Source of the DNA: Chiloscyllium plagiosum
Taxonomy: Eukaryota
Direction of reading: 5' to 3'
Length of the DNA stretch: 64,000 nucleotides
Assembly (NCBI RefSeq): GCF_004010195.1
Contig: NC_057718.1
Coordinates: 73,357,573-73,421,572, forward strand
How positions within the stretch are numbered: the first letter of the stretch is position 1; every line of letters starts with the position of its first letter. Below, one piece after another: positions 12,955 through 25,067 of this stretch. Below the pieces are notes generated by a model that was not told the DNA's origin, did not search any database, and was given only the letters and a program-made list of their open reading frames with translations. Position numbers and translations under genes: made by a program.

Positions 12955-14065
12955 TGGGAGGATTTCCTGGGGATGTTGGGAATACTTTCCAATCCCTTTT
13001 TGGCCAGAGTAGTAAATAGCCAATGTGGTACCATTATTCAATGAAGGAAGGAAGGGATAAACCAGAAAACTACAGAACAGTCAGTCAGTGGTGGGGAAAC
13101 TATTGAAGCAATTTGAGGAGCAGAATGTCTGCATTTGGAGAGGCAAAGATTAACCAAAAACAGTCAGCATAGTTTTTATTAAGTCTAACCAACTTGACTG
13201 AATTTTTAGAAGACGTAGCCAAGTGTGTAGATGAGGGCAATGCATTTGATGTGTCTACTTGGACTTCAGCAAGACTTTTGATAAAGTCATACATGAGAGA
13301 TTAATAGTGAAGGTAAAAGCTCAAGAGATCCAAAGAAATTTGGCTAATTTGATCCAGATTGACCTTTGCAGGAAGCAGAAGGTGATGGTCAAGAGTGTTT
13401 TTATGACTGGAAGCAGTCCAATGGATCCTGAAGTGATCTGTGTTGGAGCCCTTGCAATTTGTGGTATATATAAATGAGTTACACTTGAATGCAGGAGGGC
13501 TGATCAGTAAGTTTGCTGATAATATGGAAATTGGTAGGGTGATAAATAACGAGGAATATAGTCCTGGCTTACAGGATGATATAGATGGGTTGGTCAGATA
13601 GGCCCATCAGTGGCAAATGGGAATTCAGTTTGGATAATTGTGAAGTAATGTGCTTGGGCAGGAAAACACGGCAAGGGATGCATGATGAATGTCTGAAGAG
13701 TTTTAGGTATGAGGAGAGATTAGATAGACATGAATTGGTTTCCTTAGAGTAGAGGAAACTATGTGGGTGTATGATTTAAGATGTATAAAATCATGGGTGG
13801 CTTAGATAAGGTAAGAAACATTTCTCCATGGTGGAGGAATCAACAACCAGAGGCCATTGAAGGGAAGAAGCAGAAGGTTTAGGAGGGAGGTGAGGAAATA
13901 ATTTTTCACCTAGAGGGTAGTGTGAATCTGGAGCTCACTGCCTGCAAGGATAGTAGAGGCAGAAACCTTTACAACATTTAAGAAATATTTAGATGTATAT
14001 CTGCGATGGCAAAGCATCCAAGTCTATTGGCCAAGTGCTGAAAAGTGGGATAAGAATTATTATGT
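12955..14065 (+). mobile_element. Decayed CR1 LINE
   Basis: DFSKTFDKV, KFADN and FFT.RVV.IWSSLP remnants. Confidence 0.8.
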
Positions 14066-15529
14066 CGTTGTTATTGACCAGTCAGTCAGGGGTTGGATCA
14101 GTCGTGTCTAGGAACTGTTCATTAAGGTCTGGGACAAATGCAATCCTGGGTGTCTGTCCATTGACCGATCAGGAGGGTTCAATGTGACGAGTGGTAGAGA
14201 CAGTGGGGAGAATCAGTGACAGAAAGGGAGGTGAAGTCAAGGCTGAGAGGAAAGCAGAGACATTTATAATCGTATAATAATAATTTATAATAGAGACATT
14301 TAGATCATACATACTGTAGAAAACTCAACTTCAATGGGCAGAATTCAGAACATCAACAAAGAGCATGACAGGCTATAGAAATGGTGTTATTTATTGTGAC
14401 CATCACTGTGGTCTCTACAAGGAGAGTGTAAAGGAGTAGGATGGGCATTAAAAAAGTGTAATTCACGGTTCGGGGCAGAAAGAACAGTTGTGGATGATGT
14501 TCAGTTGTGAGTCTCCCCACTTGGGGAATGGGTTGAAATATGCTGTTGGGGTAATGTGAGGTTATCAGGGATGTGCAGACTGTGTGTGTGGTACCTTGCA
14601 GCCAGTGGGGTCCGTTGCTGATGGTATGCAGTGCGATCTGATTTACTTTCCCTTCTCGAGAAGTGAAGTGCTATTTGCAAATGGCAAGAACAACACTCAG
14701 GATGGGCAAAACAAGCATCTGTTTGATGGCTGAAAGTGCAGGATCTATGTTTGTCACAAGAAAAGCATGAAGCAGCCATTAGGAAAGTGCGGCTACTTTG
14801 GATTTGCAATCATTGAATTGCCTGTTTTATATGCATTCAGATTAACAATGCTGCAGGGACAGATGCTGTTCAAAGGCAACATGCCATGAGTGCTTGAAAA
14901 TTGAACCTGGGCATCTCAATAATACTGAAGTTAGCAGCAATGATGGTAAAGGATAAAAAGCTACTTCTGGCAGAAGGCAAATGACTATTAGTTCCACCTC
15001 CAAGAATTCTATGTGAGACACACAAATTCCAGTCCTCATCTAATAAGTTAAGTGCAACCATTGCGCACAATGTAGTGTGAAGTTCAGCATTTGATGTGGG
15101 TGTACGGTTTGGAGGGTAAAATTGTGCTGCAGACAGGCCCTTTTTTTGGTTGACATGTGGTGGTTACTCAGCTGGCACAGCACCTTCAGTGATTGCACGT
15201 GCTGAGGCAGAATCTGGATGCCCAGTGCAGACATATCTCACTGGGTGCTGAATTATGCTCAGCCCTCATCTAGAGAGTATGCCCCTGATTCCTGCCCCTA
15301 AGAAACTCATTTGCTCTTTCTGTACCCAATCTTCCACCAAAGTGGGATGTTGTTTGCTGTTTAGGTGAGAAGACAACAATAAATGCAGGAGGAACAGGAC
15401 CAATGGCAAGTCCAGGAGCATCAGCAGGTCACCACAGAAGGTGAGGATCACCCAATTCAGGGAGAGGTCAAAGCTGCTGGCCTCTCAGGATGTGTGGAGT
15501 GAGCAAGAGTTAGATAGTTTTCTGGCCAC

Positions 15530-16380
15530 AAATCCATTTCCTGGAGATGAGCAAGCACAGGGCTGATGCAGGCACTATATGATCTAGACATGGTGACAGA
15601 ACAGTGCCTGAATGCTGGAACAGGTCCTCAGACAGGCAGCTGCAGGAGGCCATCCTCTCCCAATGGCTGTGAAGGTCACTGTGTTGTTGAACGTATTTGT
15701 GACTGGGTCTTTCCAAGGAGCAACAGGAATCATGGCTGGGATCTCTTAAATGCATTAGGACAGAAACTGATACCATCTGTACAAGGTCACACTTGTTTAT
15801 TTCATTCCATTATGACAATGTCAGTACTGCAGCCTAGTAGTAGGATTCAAAAAACATAACTGCGATTCCCCAGATGCAGGGTGCCATCCACTCTACACAT
15901 GTGGCCCATGTATCACAATGCTGCAGAATTCATCAACAAGAAGGTATTCCAAGCTCTTAATGCCCAGGTGATTTGTTACCACTTCCTGTAGTGTATACTT
16001 GCTACTCTAGCAGCTGCCGTGATTCCTACATTCTGAAACACATCTCGAGCACTTGGTGCATTTGAGGAGTGAGGTGCATTACAGACCTGGCTACTGGGGT
16101 ATCATGGCTCATAACAACATTGTGCAACCCATTTACTGAGTGATAAAGAGTTAGATTTAATGTCATGCCTCAACCAAGGCCTTGATAGATCAGATAATAG
16201 TGGTGCTAAAAATGAGGTTTTTCAGCTCAGATTAGTTTGGGTATGCCCTCCAGTATAGTCTGGACAAAAGATTCACGTGATCCTGGTGTGCTGTACTTCG
16301 GAGCATGCAATGGGCAATGTCCTGAATGCAGAGGAACTGGCCGAAGAGACGTCCTCTGAGGAGAACAAGAACATGGTGCA
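15530..16380 (+). pseudogene. PIF/Harbinger DDE transposase (HARBI1-like) remnant
   Basis: Frameshifted motifs MAVKVTVLLNVFVTGSFQ, FPQMQGAIHSTHVA, FINKKVFQALNAQVIC, SCRDSYIL, WLLG, IDQIIVVLKMRF and ALQYS. A possible TIR gggcagaatt lies at 14336. Confidence 0.85.
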
Positions 16381-16396
16381 ACAATGCTGACGCTTT

Positions 16397-17290
16397 AGAC
16401 CATAAGACTGTAAGACATAGGAGCAGACATTAGGCCATTCAGCCCAACAGGTCTGCTCCACCATTCAATCATGGCTGATATGTTTCTCAACCCCATTCTC
16501 CTGTAACTCTTGATCCCCTTGATTCTTAAGAAACTATCTATCTCAATCTTAAATGTACATAATGACCTGGCCTCAATAGCCTTCTGTGGCAATGAATTCC
16601 ATGGATTCACCACTCTCTGGCTAAAGAAGTTTCTCATTATCTCTGTTCTTAAAGACCCTTCCTTTACTCTAAGGCTGTGCCCTCGGATCCTAGTCTCTCC
16701 TACCAATGGAAACATCTCCCCAATATCCACTCTGTCCAAACCATACAGCATTCTGTATGTTTCAGTTAGATCCCCCTTTATCCTTCTAAACTCCATCAAG
16801 TATAAACCCAGAGACCTCAAAGGTTCCTCATATGTTAATCTTTTCATTCTTGGGACCATTCTCGAGAACCTGCTCTGTACATGCTCCAGGACCAGTACAT
16901 CCTTCCTGAGGTATGGGTACTAAAACTGCACACAATACTCCAAATGTGACCTGACCAGAGCCTTATAGAGTCTCAGATGTAGATCCCTGCTTTTATGTTC
17001 CGGTCCTGTCAAAATAAATCCCATCATTGCATTTGTCTTCCTAATTACTGACTCAGCCTGCAAGTTTAGCTTGAGAGAACCTGGACTGGGCTCTATTCCT
17101 GATGAAGGGCTTTTGCCCAAAATGTCGATTTTCCTGCTCTTCGGATGCTGCCTGAACTGCTGTGTTTTTCCAACACCACTCTAATCTAGAATCTGGTTTC
17201 CAGCATCTGCAGTCCTTGCTTTTACCTGGAACTCCCAAGTCTCTTTGCACTTCAGACTTATGAATTTTCTCCCTATTTAGATAGTTATTT
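16397..17290 (-). mobile_element. CR1 LINE 3' fragment with a PLE pLTR (about 17089-17225) inserted
   Basis: ORFs 16395-16859 and 16920-17120 (LEYCVQF, FFSQRVVNPWNSLP). The insert begins ctctattcctgatgaagggcttttgccc and is flanked by acctgga. Confidence 0.9.
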
Positions 17291-17291
17291 A

Positions 17292-20200
17292 ACAAGGTTA
17301 TTTTGTCCTTGAGTTTTTTTCAAGAGAGGTCATAAAGGCAGAGGTGGTGAAATGTCTGGAAATGTCTAGTTTAACAATGGCAGGAAAGTGGCCAGTTCTC
17401 CCAGTTCAAGTTTTCTCTAGTTTGGTTTAGTTATAGCAGAAAAGCTGCTGATAGCTGTAGCAGAAGCTGCTACAGTGCATACAGGTTCCATGTTTCAGCA
17501 AATAATTCTTGACTGGCTTCTTTCTCTGAAATGTCTCCTGCCTGTAAGAACCTGTGTTTGAATTTACCTTTTGCCAAGGGATGTGTTTATGTGATGTTAT
17601 GGGAATTAGAACAGTTCTTCAGTTAAGTCGCTATATCAAATCAGTTAAGCTTTCCAATAGTTAAGTTATTCTAAATTCTGTTTTTTTTTCTTCATGTTTC
17701 AACTATTGTTTTTAAATAAATTCTGTTTTGCTTAAAGCCGAGTGGTTTGGTCAGCTGAAATGTACCTGGAATATCCATTTCACATCTGCCTTTATAATAA
17801 GAAATATTTAAAGTTTGGGCTCCTTCCTCAAAATATTTTGAGGGGTTCTGGCCTGGCCCATAACAGATTGAAAGCTTTTGTCGGGATTTATTTGATCATT
17901 CCAATTTGGAATTAGCGTTGTGGAACTCAAAGGCCATGAGTGGTAAGTGACACAGGTTCAGGAGGAGATTGCTCTGAGACAGCATAATCAAAGTTGAAGT
18001 GAATGGAGCTCACCCATAGTAATGGTGCCAAAACCAAATAGTACCCAACTGTTATGTGTAGACTACTACAAGGTCAAGGCAGTTACACAGCCATATTCAT
18101 ATCTGATTCCACGTTTGGAGGACTGTATTGAGAAGGTGGGAAAAGCAACTTATATTTCTAAATTGGACTTACTCAAAGGACACTGGCAGGCACCCTTATC
18201 CGAAAGAGCAAAGGCAATTTCAGCTTTCATAACACTGAATGGACCAAATCAACTTAAAGTCATGCCATTTGGCCTGAAAAATGCACCACCTATATTTCAA
18301 AGACTAAGCAATAAAGTCATTTCTAGATTACGCAATTATGTGGTATGCATCGACGACCTGGTGGTTTTTTGACACACATGGAAGAAAGATTTGCAGCATT
18401 TATCAGAATTATTTGATCAACTTTGGGAGGCAGGCTTGGCGGTAAACCTGACTAAGAGTGAATTCGCCAAAGCCCAAGTCATCTTCCTAGGCCATGTTAT
18501 CAGACATGGACAGAAGGCCCCATGGAACGATTCCTGGGTTTGAGTGGGTTTTATCAGAAACTTGCAATGAGTTTTAGCAGTGTGGCTGCTCCAACCACTG
18601 AATTACTAAAGATATGCAGGAAATTTTAGTGGATGGTCATCTGTCAAAAGGCATTTGGCAGCCTGAAAGCTGTGTTAACCACTGCCCTACTATTAGCCAC
18701 ATCTAATTACACAAAGCCATTCAAGGTGGCTATTGATGCCAGTGATTTTGGTGTTTGTGCTGTACTCCTACAGGAAGATGATGAGAAGATACAAAGATCT
18801 ATCAAATATTTCTCAAGGAAATAGAACATTCATCATCAAAAATATTCGACAATTGAGAAGGAGACATTTTGATCTTGTTGTTTGTGTTATAATATTTCAA
18901 CATTTATGTTGACGGTAATGTGTCTGACATAATAATATATAGTGACCATACGTTTTTGGAGAAATTGAAGGACAAAAATTCCAGACTGTTTACATAGAGC
19001 TTATTATTGCAGCTATTCAATTTGAAAATTATACATGAGGTAGGACGAGAAAATGTAATTGACAACATACTGTTGAGATGTGGATAAAAAACAGAGACGT
19101 TTGGTGGCAAGAGTTAACGGACTGAAATAGAATGTAATAGTATTTCATTCGTAAAGTAGTAGTCATTCATAAAGTCAGGAGGTATGGGAGATTTGGCTGT
19201 CTGGGTTCAGAATTGGCTGGCTGACAGAAGGCTGATGTTGTAGATGGGAAGTATTCTGCCTGAAGGTCAGTGTTGAGTGGGGTCCCGCAGGGCTCTGTTC
19301 TTAGACCTCTGCTCTGTGTAGTTTTTATAAATGACTTGGATGATGAGGTTGAGGGGTGGGTTAGTAAATTTGCAGATGACACAAAGGTTGGAGGTGTTGT
19401 CGATAGTATAGAGGGCTACTGAAGGCTGCAGCGCAACATGGACAGGATGCAGAGCTGGGCTGAGAAATGGCAGGTGGAGTTCAGCCTGGATAAATGTGAA
19501 GTGATGCATTTTGGAAGGTCGAACTCAAATGNNNNNNNNNNNNNNNNNNNNNNNNNNNNNNNNNNNNNNNNNNNNNNNNNNNNNNNNNNNNNNNNNNNNN
19601 NNNNNNNNNNNNNNNNNNTACAAAATAATAAGAGGACTAGATAGAATCAATAGCCAGGGACTTTTCCCCAGGGCAGGATTGACTGGTACGAGAAGTCATA
19701 TTTTGAAGATATTAGGGGGAAAGTATAAAGGATACATCAGAGGTAGGTTCTTTACGCAGAGAGTTGTGAATGCATGGAATGCGTTGCCAGCTGTGGTGGT
19801 GGAAGCAGAATCATTGGGGACATTTAAGCGACTGCTGGACATGCATATGGATAGCAGTGAGTTGATGGGTACGTAGGTTAAGTTACTATATTTTACATTA
19901 GGCTTAAATCTCGGCCCAACATTGTGGGCCAAAGGGCCTGTTCTGTGCTGTACTTTCCTATGTTCTATGTTCTATGTATATGTTTGCATGGTTATAATCA
20001 ATGTAAAGCATATGTATTGTAATTACTAACAGAGTAAGACTAAGGGATTTAAAATGAAGTCATCTTTGTATACTGAAGAATTTCTTTTATGGAAGGAAGT
20101 CTGATGCTGCTATCACTTCAACAAGGTTATTTGTTCTTGGCTTTTTTAAAGAGCGGTCGTATAGGCAGAGGTGTCAAAATGTCTGGAAATGCCCAGTTTA

Positions 20201-20732
20201 ACAATATCAAAAATCACATGACATCGGGTTACAGTCCAACAAGTTTAACAATGGCAAGGCAGTGGCCAGTTCTCTTAGCTCAGGTGTTTTCTAGTTTGGT
20301 TTAGTTGTAGCAGAGAAGCTGCTGATAGCTGTAGCAGAAGCTGTTACAGTGCATACAGGTTCCATGTTTCAGCAGATGACTCTTCACTGGCTTGTCTCTC
20401 TGAAATCTCTTCTGCCTGTAAGAACCTATGTTTGAATTTACCTTTTGCCAAGGGTAATGTTTATGGGATGTTATGGGAATTGGAACAGTTCCTCAGTTAA
20501 GTTGCTGTATAAAGTCAGTTAAGCTTTCTAGTAGTTAAGTTATTCTAAATTCTGTTTTCTTTTGTTTGTATTTCAACTGCAATGTTTAAATAAATTCTGT
20601 TTTGCCGAGTATTTTGACCAGCTGCATCACACGTGGTATATCTGCTTCACGTCTGCCTTAAAAATAAGAAAAAGATAGGGTGTGGGCTACCTTCTTAAAA
20701 TATTTTGAGGGGTTCTGGCCTGGTTCATAACA
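17292..20732 (+). mobile_element. Internally deleted Gypsy LTR retrotransposon (LTRs 17292-17865 and 20100-20732; RT and RNase H remnants)
   Basis: Direct repeats of about 600 bp ending cataaca, with PPT ggaaggaag before the 3' LTR. RT motifs LCVDY, KLDLLKGHWQ, MPFGLKNAP, CIDD; RNase H motif AIDASDFGV. Confidence 0.9.
19168..19975 (+). mobile_element. CR1 LINE nested in the LTR element (contains an N gap)
   Basis: GVPQGSVL, KFADDTK, FFTQRVVNAWNALP and a (tatgttc)n tail. Confidence 0.9.
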
Positions 20733-20759
20733 GATGTGCATGGTACAGGCAGAATCTCA

Positions 20760-21286
20760 CTGACACCTGGTTTTAATAAAAGAGATCTGGGTACAGCATT
20801 GATCATCGATTGTAACGTTTTTTGAAGCTCAGTTCTGATTGACATTGTGGGGATGCAGTTGGACAGGGGGCAGAGTGGATGGGGTTGGNNNNNNNNNNNN
20901 NNNNNNNNGTGCTGCACAGGGGGGTGGGTGTGGGGGCACACGGCAGGGCCGGGACTCGTGTGCAATGTGCTGCTGCCTAGTCTTCTGAACGGGGAGAGGA
21001 CTTAGCAAATACTCACTGTGTCACTCCCATTGAACCGACTGGGGTGGGGGTGAGGGGGATGGGGGTAAGGCTTGAGTAATGCTGCAGGTCCTTTACACAC
21101 AAGTGTGTGCCTGTTCAGAAACAAACCCTGAGGCAGATATGGAGCAAGGCAGACAGAGAGAGGAAAAAACAAATTTCAGAAAACTCCGAGCTCCAGAGGA
21201 GAGGCATTGAATCGATTAACCAAACAAACAATTATCTCAACAAAATAGTGCCCGCCCATCTCGTTTGGATAATTGAGGTCCCTCTG
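20760..21286. mobile_element. Probable pogo/Tigger-like DNA transposon remnant (right TIR)
   Basis: Ends tttggataattgaggtccctctg|TA, resembling a CAG-starting pogo/Tigger TIR with a TA target. The left TIR was not found. Confidence 0.5.
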
Positions 21287-21287
21287 T

Positions 21288-21847
21288 ATATAAACAGCAG
21301 GAAAGGGCAGTGTTTGTCACTGGCCACCCGGGTGTTTTCCTATCTTCCTGGTGGTGGAAATTGAATAAAGATTCGTGCACTTTGTGTCTTCCACTGTGTC
21401 TCACACCTGCACACACACACCATGGGTGCTGGGTGAAAAAAATAAGCACTACCGCAGTTAGGTGGTAGTGTGGGGGTTAAATGGAAAAAAAGAAAAAAAG
21501 AAAAGAAAAAAAAAATTAACAAGGAATTCCCTCCCCTTCACTGTTTTGATCACACAGCACTGCCCTTTGAAAAAAAATATATATAAACAGCAGGAAAGGG
21601 CAGTGTTTGTCACTGGCCACCCGGGTGTTTTCCTATCTTCCTGGTGGTGGAAATTGAATAAAGATTCGTGCACTTTGTGTCTTTCACTGTATCTCACACC
21701 TGCACACACACACACCATGGGTGCTGGGGATAAAATAAGCACTACCGCACTTAGGTGGTAGTGTGGGGGTTAAATTTAAAAATAAAAATTAAACTGGAGT
21801 CTCACTGCCCTCTGAAGTGAAGGGCAAAAAAAAAATAAACAGCAGGA
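21288..21847. repeat. Tandem repeat with a unit of about 290 bp (2 copies plus the start of a third), unclassified
   Basis: taaacagcagga starts at 21291, 21584 and 21836. About 190 bp are near-identical between copies 1 and 2. Confidence 0.85.
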
Positions 21848-21884
21848 TGAATCCAACCCAGCCAATTACATCAACTTGGCGAAG

Positions 21885-22240
21885 ATAAGGACTGCAGATG
21901 CTGGAAGTGAGATATAAAGCTGGAAAAGCACAGCAGGTCAGACAGAATTTGAGGTGAAGGAAAGTCAATGTTTCCGCTCTTTATCAAGATGGGGCATGTG
22001 GAGGGTGCAGAACCTATAAATAAATAAGAGGAAGGTGGGGCTGGGGGAAGGGTAGGACAGATGATGCTAGGTGGATGCAGGTAGGGGTTATTGTGACTGG
22101 AGCAGATGAGTTAGTAGGAAGATGGACAGGTTAGGTGAGGAGGAGGAGAACGGCTGGCATGGAATAAGGCTGGGGGTGGAGGGACTTTGATGCTGGTGAA
22201 GTCAATATTGAGGCTATTGGGCTGTAAACTCCCCAAGTGA
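21885..22240 (-). mobile_element. Degenerate PLE 3' end
   Basis: gactgcagatgctgg...ggaaaagcacagcaggtcag terminus plus a purine-rich tract. Confidence 0.65.
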
Positions 22241-22431
22241 ACTTTATGGTTTGTTCAGCACCACTCGTGACTCCTCAGATACTGAAGCAGCCTAAGTTTA
22301 AATGTAACAAGATCTGGACAATAGCCAGGCTTGTGCTGACAAGTGACAGGTAACATTCGTGCCACACAAATGTCAGGCCATGACCATCATCAATAAGAAA
22401 CAACCTAACCACTACCCCCTTGACATGCATA

Positions 22432-23545
22432 ACACATAGAACAATACAGCGCAGAACCGGCCCCTTGGCCCTCGATGTTGTGCCAACATGTGAACTGATC
22501 TAAGCCCATCCCCCTATACTATCCTATCATCATCCACATGCTTATCCAAGGACTGTTTAAATGCCCCTAATGTGGCTACATTAACTACATTGGCAGCAGG
22601 GCATTCTATGCCCTTACCACTCTCTGAATAAACAACCTGCCTCTGACATCTGTCTTAAATCTAATACCTCTCAATTTGCAGCTATGCCCCCTCATACAAG
22701 CTGACATCATCATTCTAGGAAAAGGACTTACACTATCTACCCATCTAATCCTCTGATTATTTCGTATGTCTCTATTAACTCCCCTCAACCTTCTTCTCTC
22801 CAATGAGAACAGGCCCAAGTCCCTCAGCCTTTCCTCATAAAACCTTCTCTCCAGACCAGGCAACATCCTGTTAAATCTCCTCTGCACCTTTTCCAATGCT
22901 TCCACATCCTTCCTGTAATGGGGCAAACAGAACTATACACAATATTCCAAGTGAGGCCGCACTAGCGTTTTGTGTAATTGCAGCATGACATCATGGCTCT
23001 GGAACTGCAGTGGCATGGTGGCTCAGTGGTTAGCACAGCACCAGGGTCCCAGGTTCGATTCCAGCCTTGAGTGGAGTTTGCACATTCTCCCCGTGCCTGC
23101 GTGGGTTTCCTCCGGGTGCTCCGGTTTCCTCCCACAGTCCAAAGATGTGCAGGTCAAGTGAATTGGCCATGCTAAATTGCCCACAATGTCCGGTGCATTA
23201 GTCAAAGGGAAATAGGTCTGGGTGGGTTACTCTTCGGAGGGTCGGTGTGGGCTAGTTGGGGTGAAGGGCCTGTTTCCACACTGTAGGAAAACTAATCTAA
23301 TTTAATCCAATCAACTCAATTCCTCTACCAATCAAACCTAACACAACGTATGCCTTATTAATAGCACTATCAACCTGGGTGGTAACTTACAGGGATCTAT
23401 GTATATGGACACTAAGATCCCTATGCACATTCATACTATCAAGAATCTTTCCATTAATCCAGTATTCTGCCTTCCTGTTATTCTTCCCAAAGTGAATCAC
23501 CTCACACTTATCTGCATTGAACTCCATTTGCCACCTCTCGGCCCT
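22432..23545 (-). mobile_element. CR1 LINE fragment with nested HE1 SINE (22990-23305, +)
   Basis: ORFs 22606-22926 and 23387-23644 (WQMEFNADKCEVIHFG), with a catagaa tail. Confidence 0.85.
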
Positions 23546-24245
23546 GATGGTGTAACTCTCAGCCTCAGTTACCATCACTGAATCCCCCATTATCACCATC
23601 CATGGGGTTACCATTGAGCAGAAATTCAACTGGACCCGCCACATAAATACAGTGTAGAAGAGCAGATCAGAGGCTCGGAATACTGCAGCGAGTAACTCAC
23701 CTCCTGACTCCTCAAAGGCTGTCCATCATCTACAAGGCATAAGTCAGGTATATGATGGAATATTCCCCACTTGCATGGATGGGTGCAGTTCCAACAACAC
23801 TCAAGAAGTTAGATACTATCCAGGACAAAACAGCCTGCTTGATTGGCCCCACATCCACAAATATCCACTCCCTCCACCACTGATACTCAATAACAACAGT
23901 GTGTACTATCTACAAGATGCAATGCAGAAATTCACCAAAGAACCTCAGTCAACACCTTCCAAAGCCATGACTATTTCCACCTAGAAGGACAAAGGCAGCA
24001 GATACATGGGAACATCATCATCTGCAAGTTCCCCTCCAAGCCAATCACCATCCTGACTTGGAAATATATAGACATTCCTTTACTGTCAATGGGTTAAAAT
24101 CCTGGAATTCCCTCCCGAACTGCACTGCGAGTCAACCCACAGCAACGGTTCAAGAAGGCAGCTCACCACCACCTTCTCAGGGAAACTAGGGATGGAAATT
24201 AAATGCTGGCCAGCCAGAATGCCTACATCCCACAAATGAATAAAA
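23545..24245 (+). mobile_element. Second CR1-like LINE family 3' end (upstream part at about 22250-22430)
   Basis: YKA.VRYMMEYSPLAW motif; terminus ...catcccacaaatgaataaaaaa. Confidence 0.75.
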
Positions 24246-24269
24246 AAGGCGTGAGATCTGACTTCCAAA

Positions 24270-24605
24270 GCAGGTTCTGTTCACCCAGCTCAAGGAAGGC
24301 ATGCAAATGAGAGGAAAACAAAGGAAGCATTTCAAAGAACCCCTGAAGGCTACCCTAAAAAATGTAACATAAATATCAATGCATGGCAGGCCTTTGCTCA
24401 GAAGAAGCCAACTTTGAGGAAACTCCTATATGAAGGGATGTAATTCTTTGAGAATAACCAATGGCAAAAGACATATGGTGAAGGAACCAGACAAAGGAAT
24501 GGCAGCAGTCTCAAAACCGAGGACAGTTTCACTTCCTGGAAACACTTGCTAAATATTTGGTCAGATGTGTCACTCTAAGATTGGGCTCATCAGCCACACA
24601 GAACC
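24270..24605 (+). mobile_element. RTE-clade LINE C-terminal fragment
   Basis: KQRKHFKEPLKATLK.CNI...AWQAFAQ and CHSKIGLISH resemble RTE C-termini. Confidence 0.7.
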
Positions 24606-24836
24606 CTCAAAATCCATGCTCAATCATTTTCCTAGGTGAACAATCATACTTATTAGCAAGTGATTGCTGATGATAATGGGTTATCCAGGAATTAGAATAA
24701 TTAGGTTTTAATTCCTCTCATTTCTTTGGGTAACTGATAAGATAATTCAATCATCCCTCCCAGATTTTCAGCTTCAATTCATTGGGGTCTTCTTTGTATT
24801 GGTCTGAATGCTGAGTAATAGCCTTCTACAATTTTC

Positions 24837-25062
24837 AACTTTCTGGACAATTCTTACAGAGTTTGGGATTTCTACATGGTCCTGCTATGCAATGCCTATC
24901 TACATTGTTGTGACAATAATCTGTCAAAAGATCTGAGCTGTTAAACTTTCTGGACAATTCTTACAGAGTTTGCTGCTGTGTTTGGGATTTCTACATGGTC
25001 CTGCTATGCAATGCCTATCTACATTGCTGTGACAATAATCTGTCAGAAGATCTGAGCTGTTA
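24837..25062. repeat. Tandem duplication (107 and 119 bp units)
   Basis: 24837-24943 is near-identical to 24944-25062, apart from a 12-bp indel (gctgctgtgttt). Confidence 0.9.
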
Positions 25063-25067
25063 AATTT

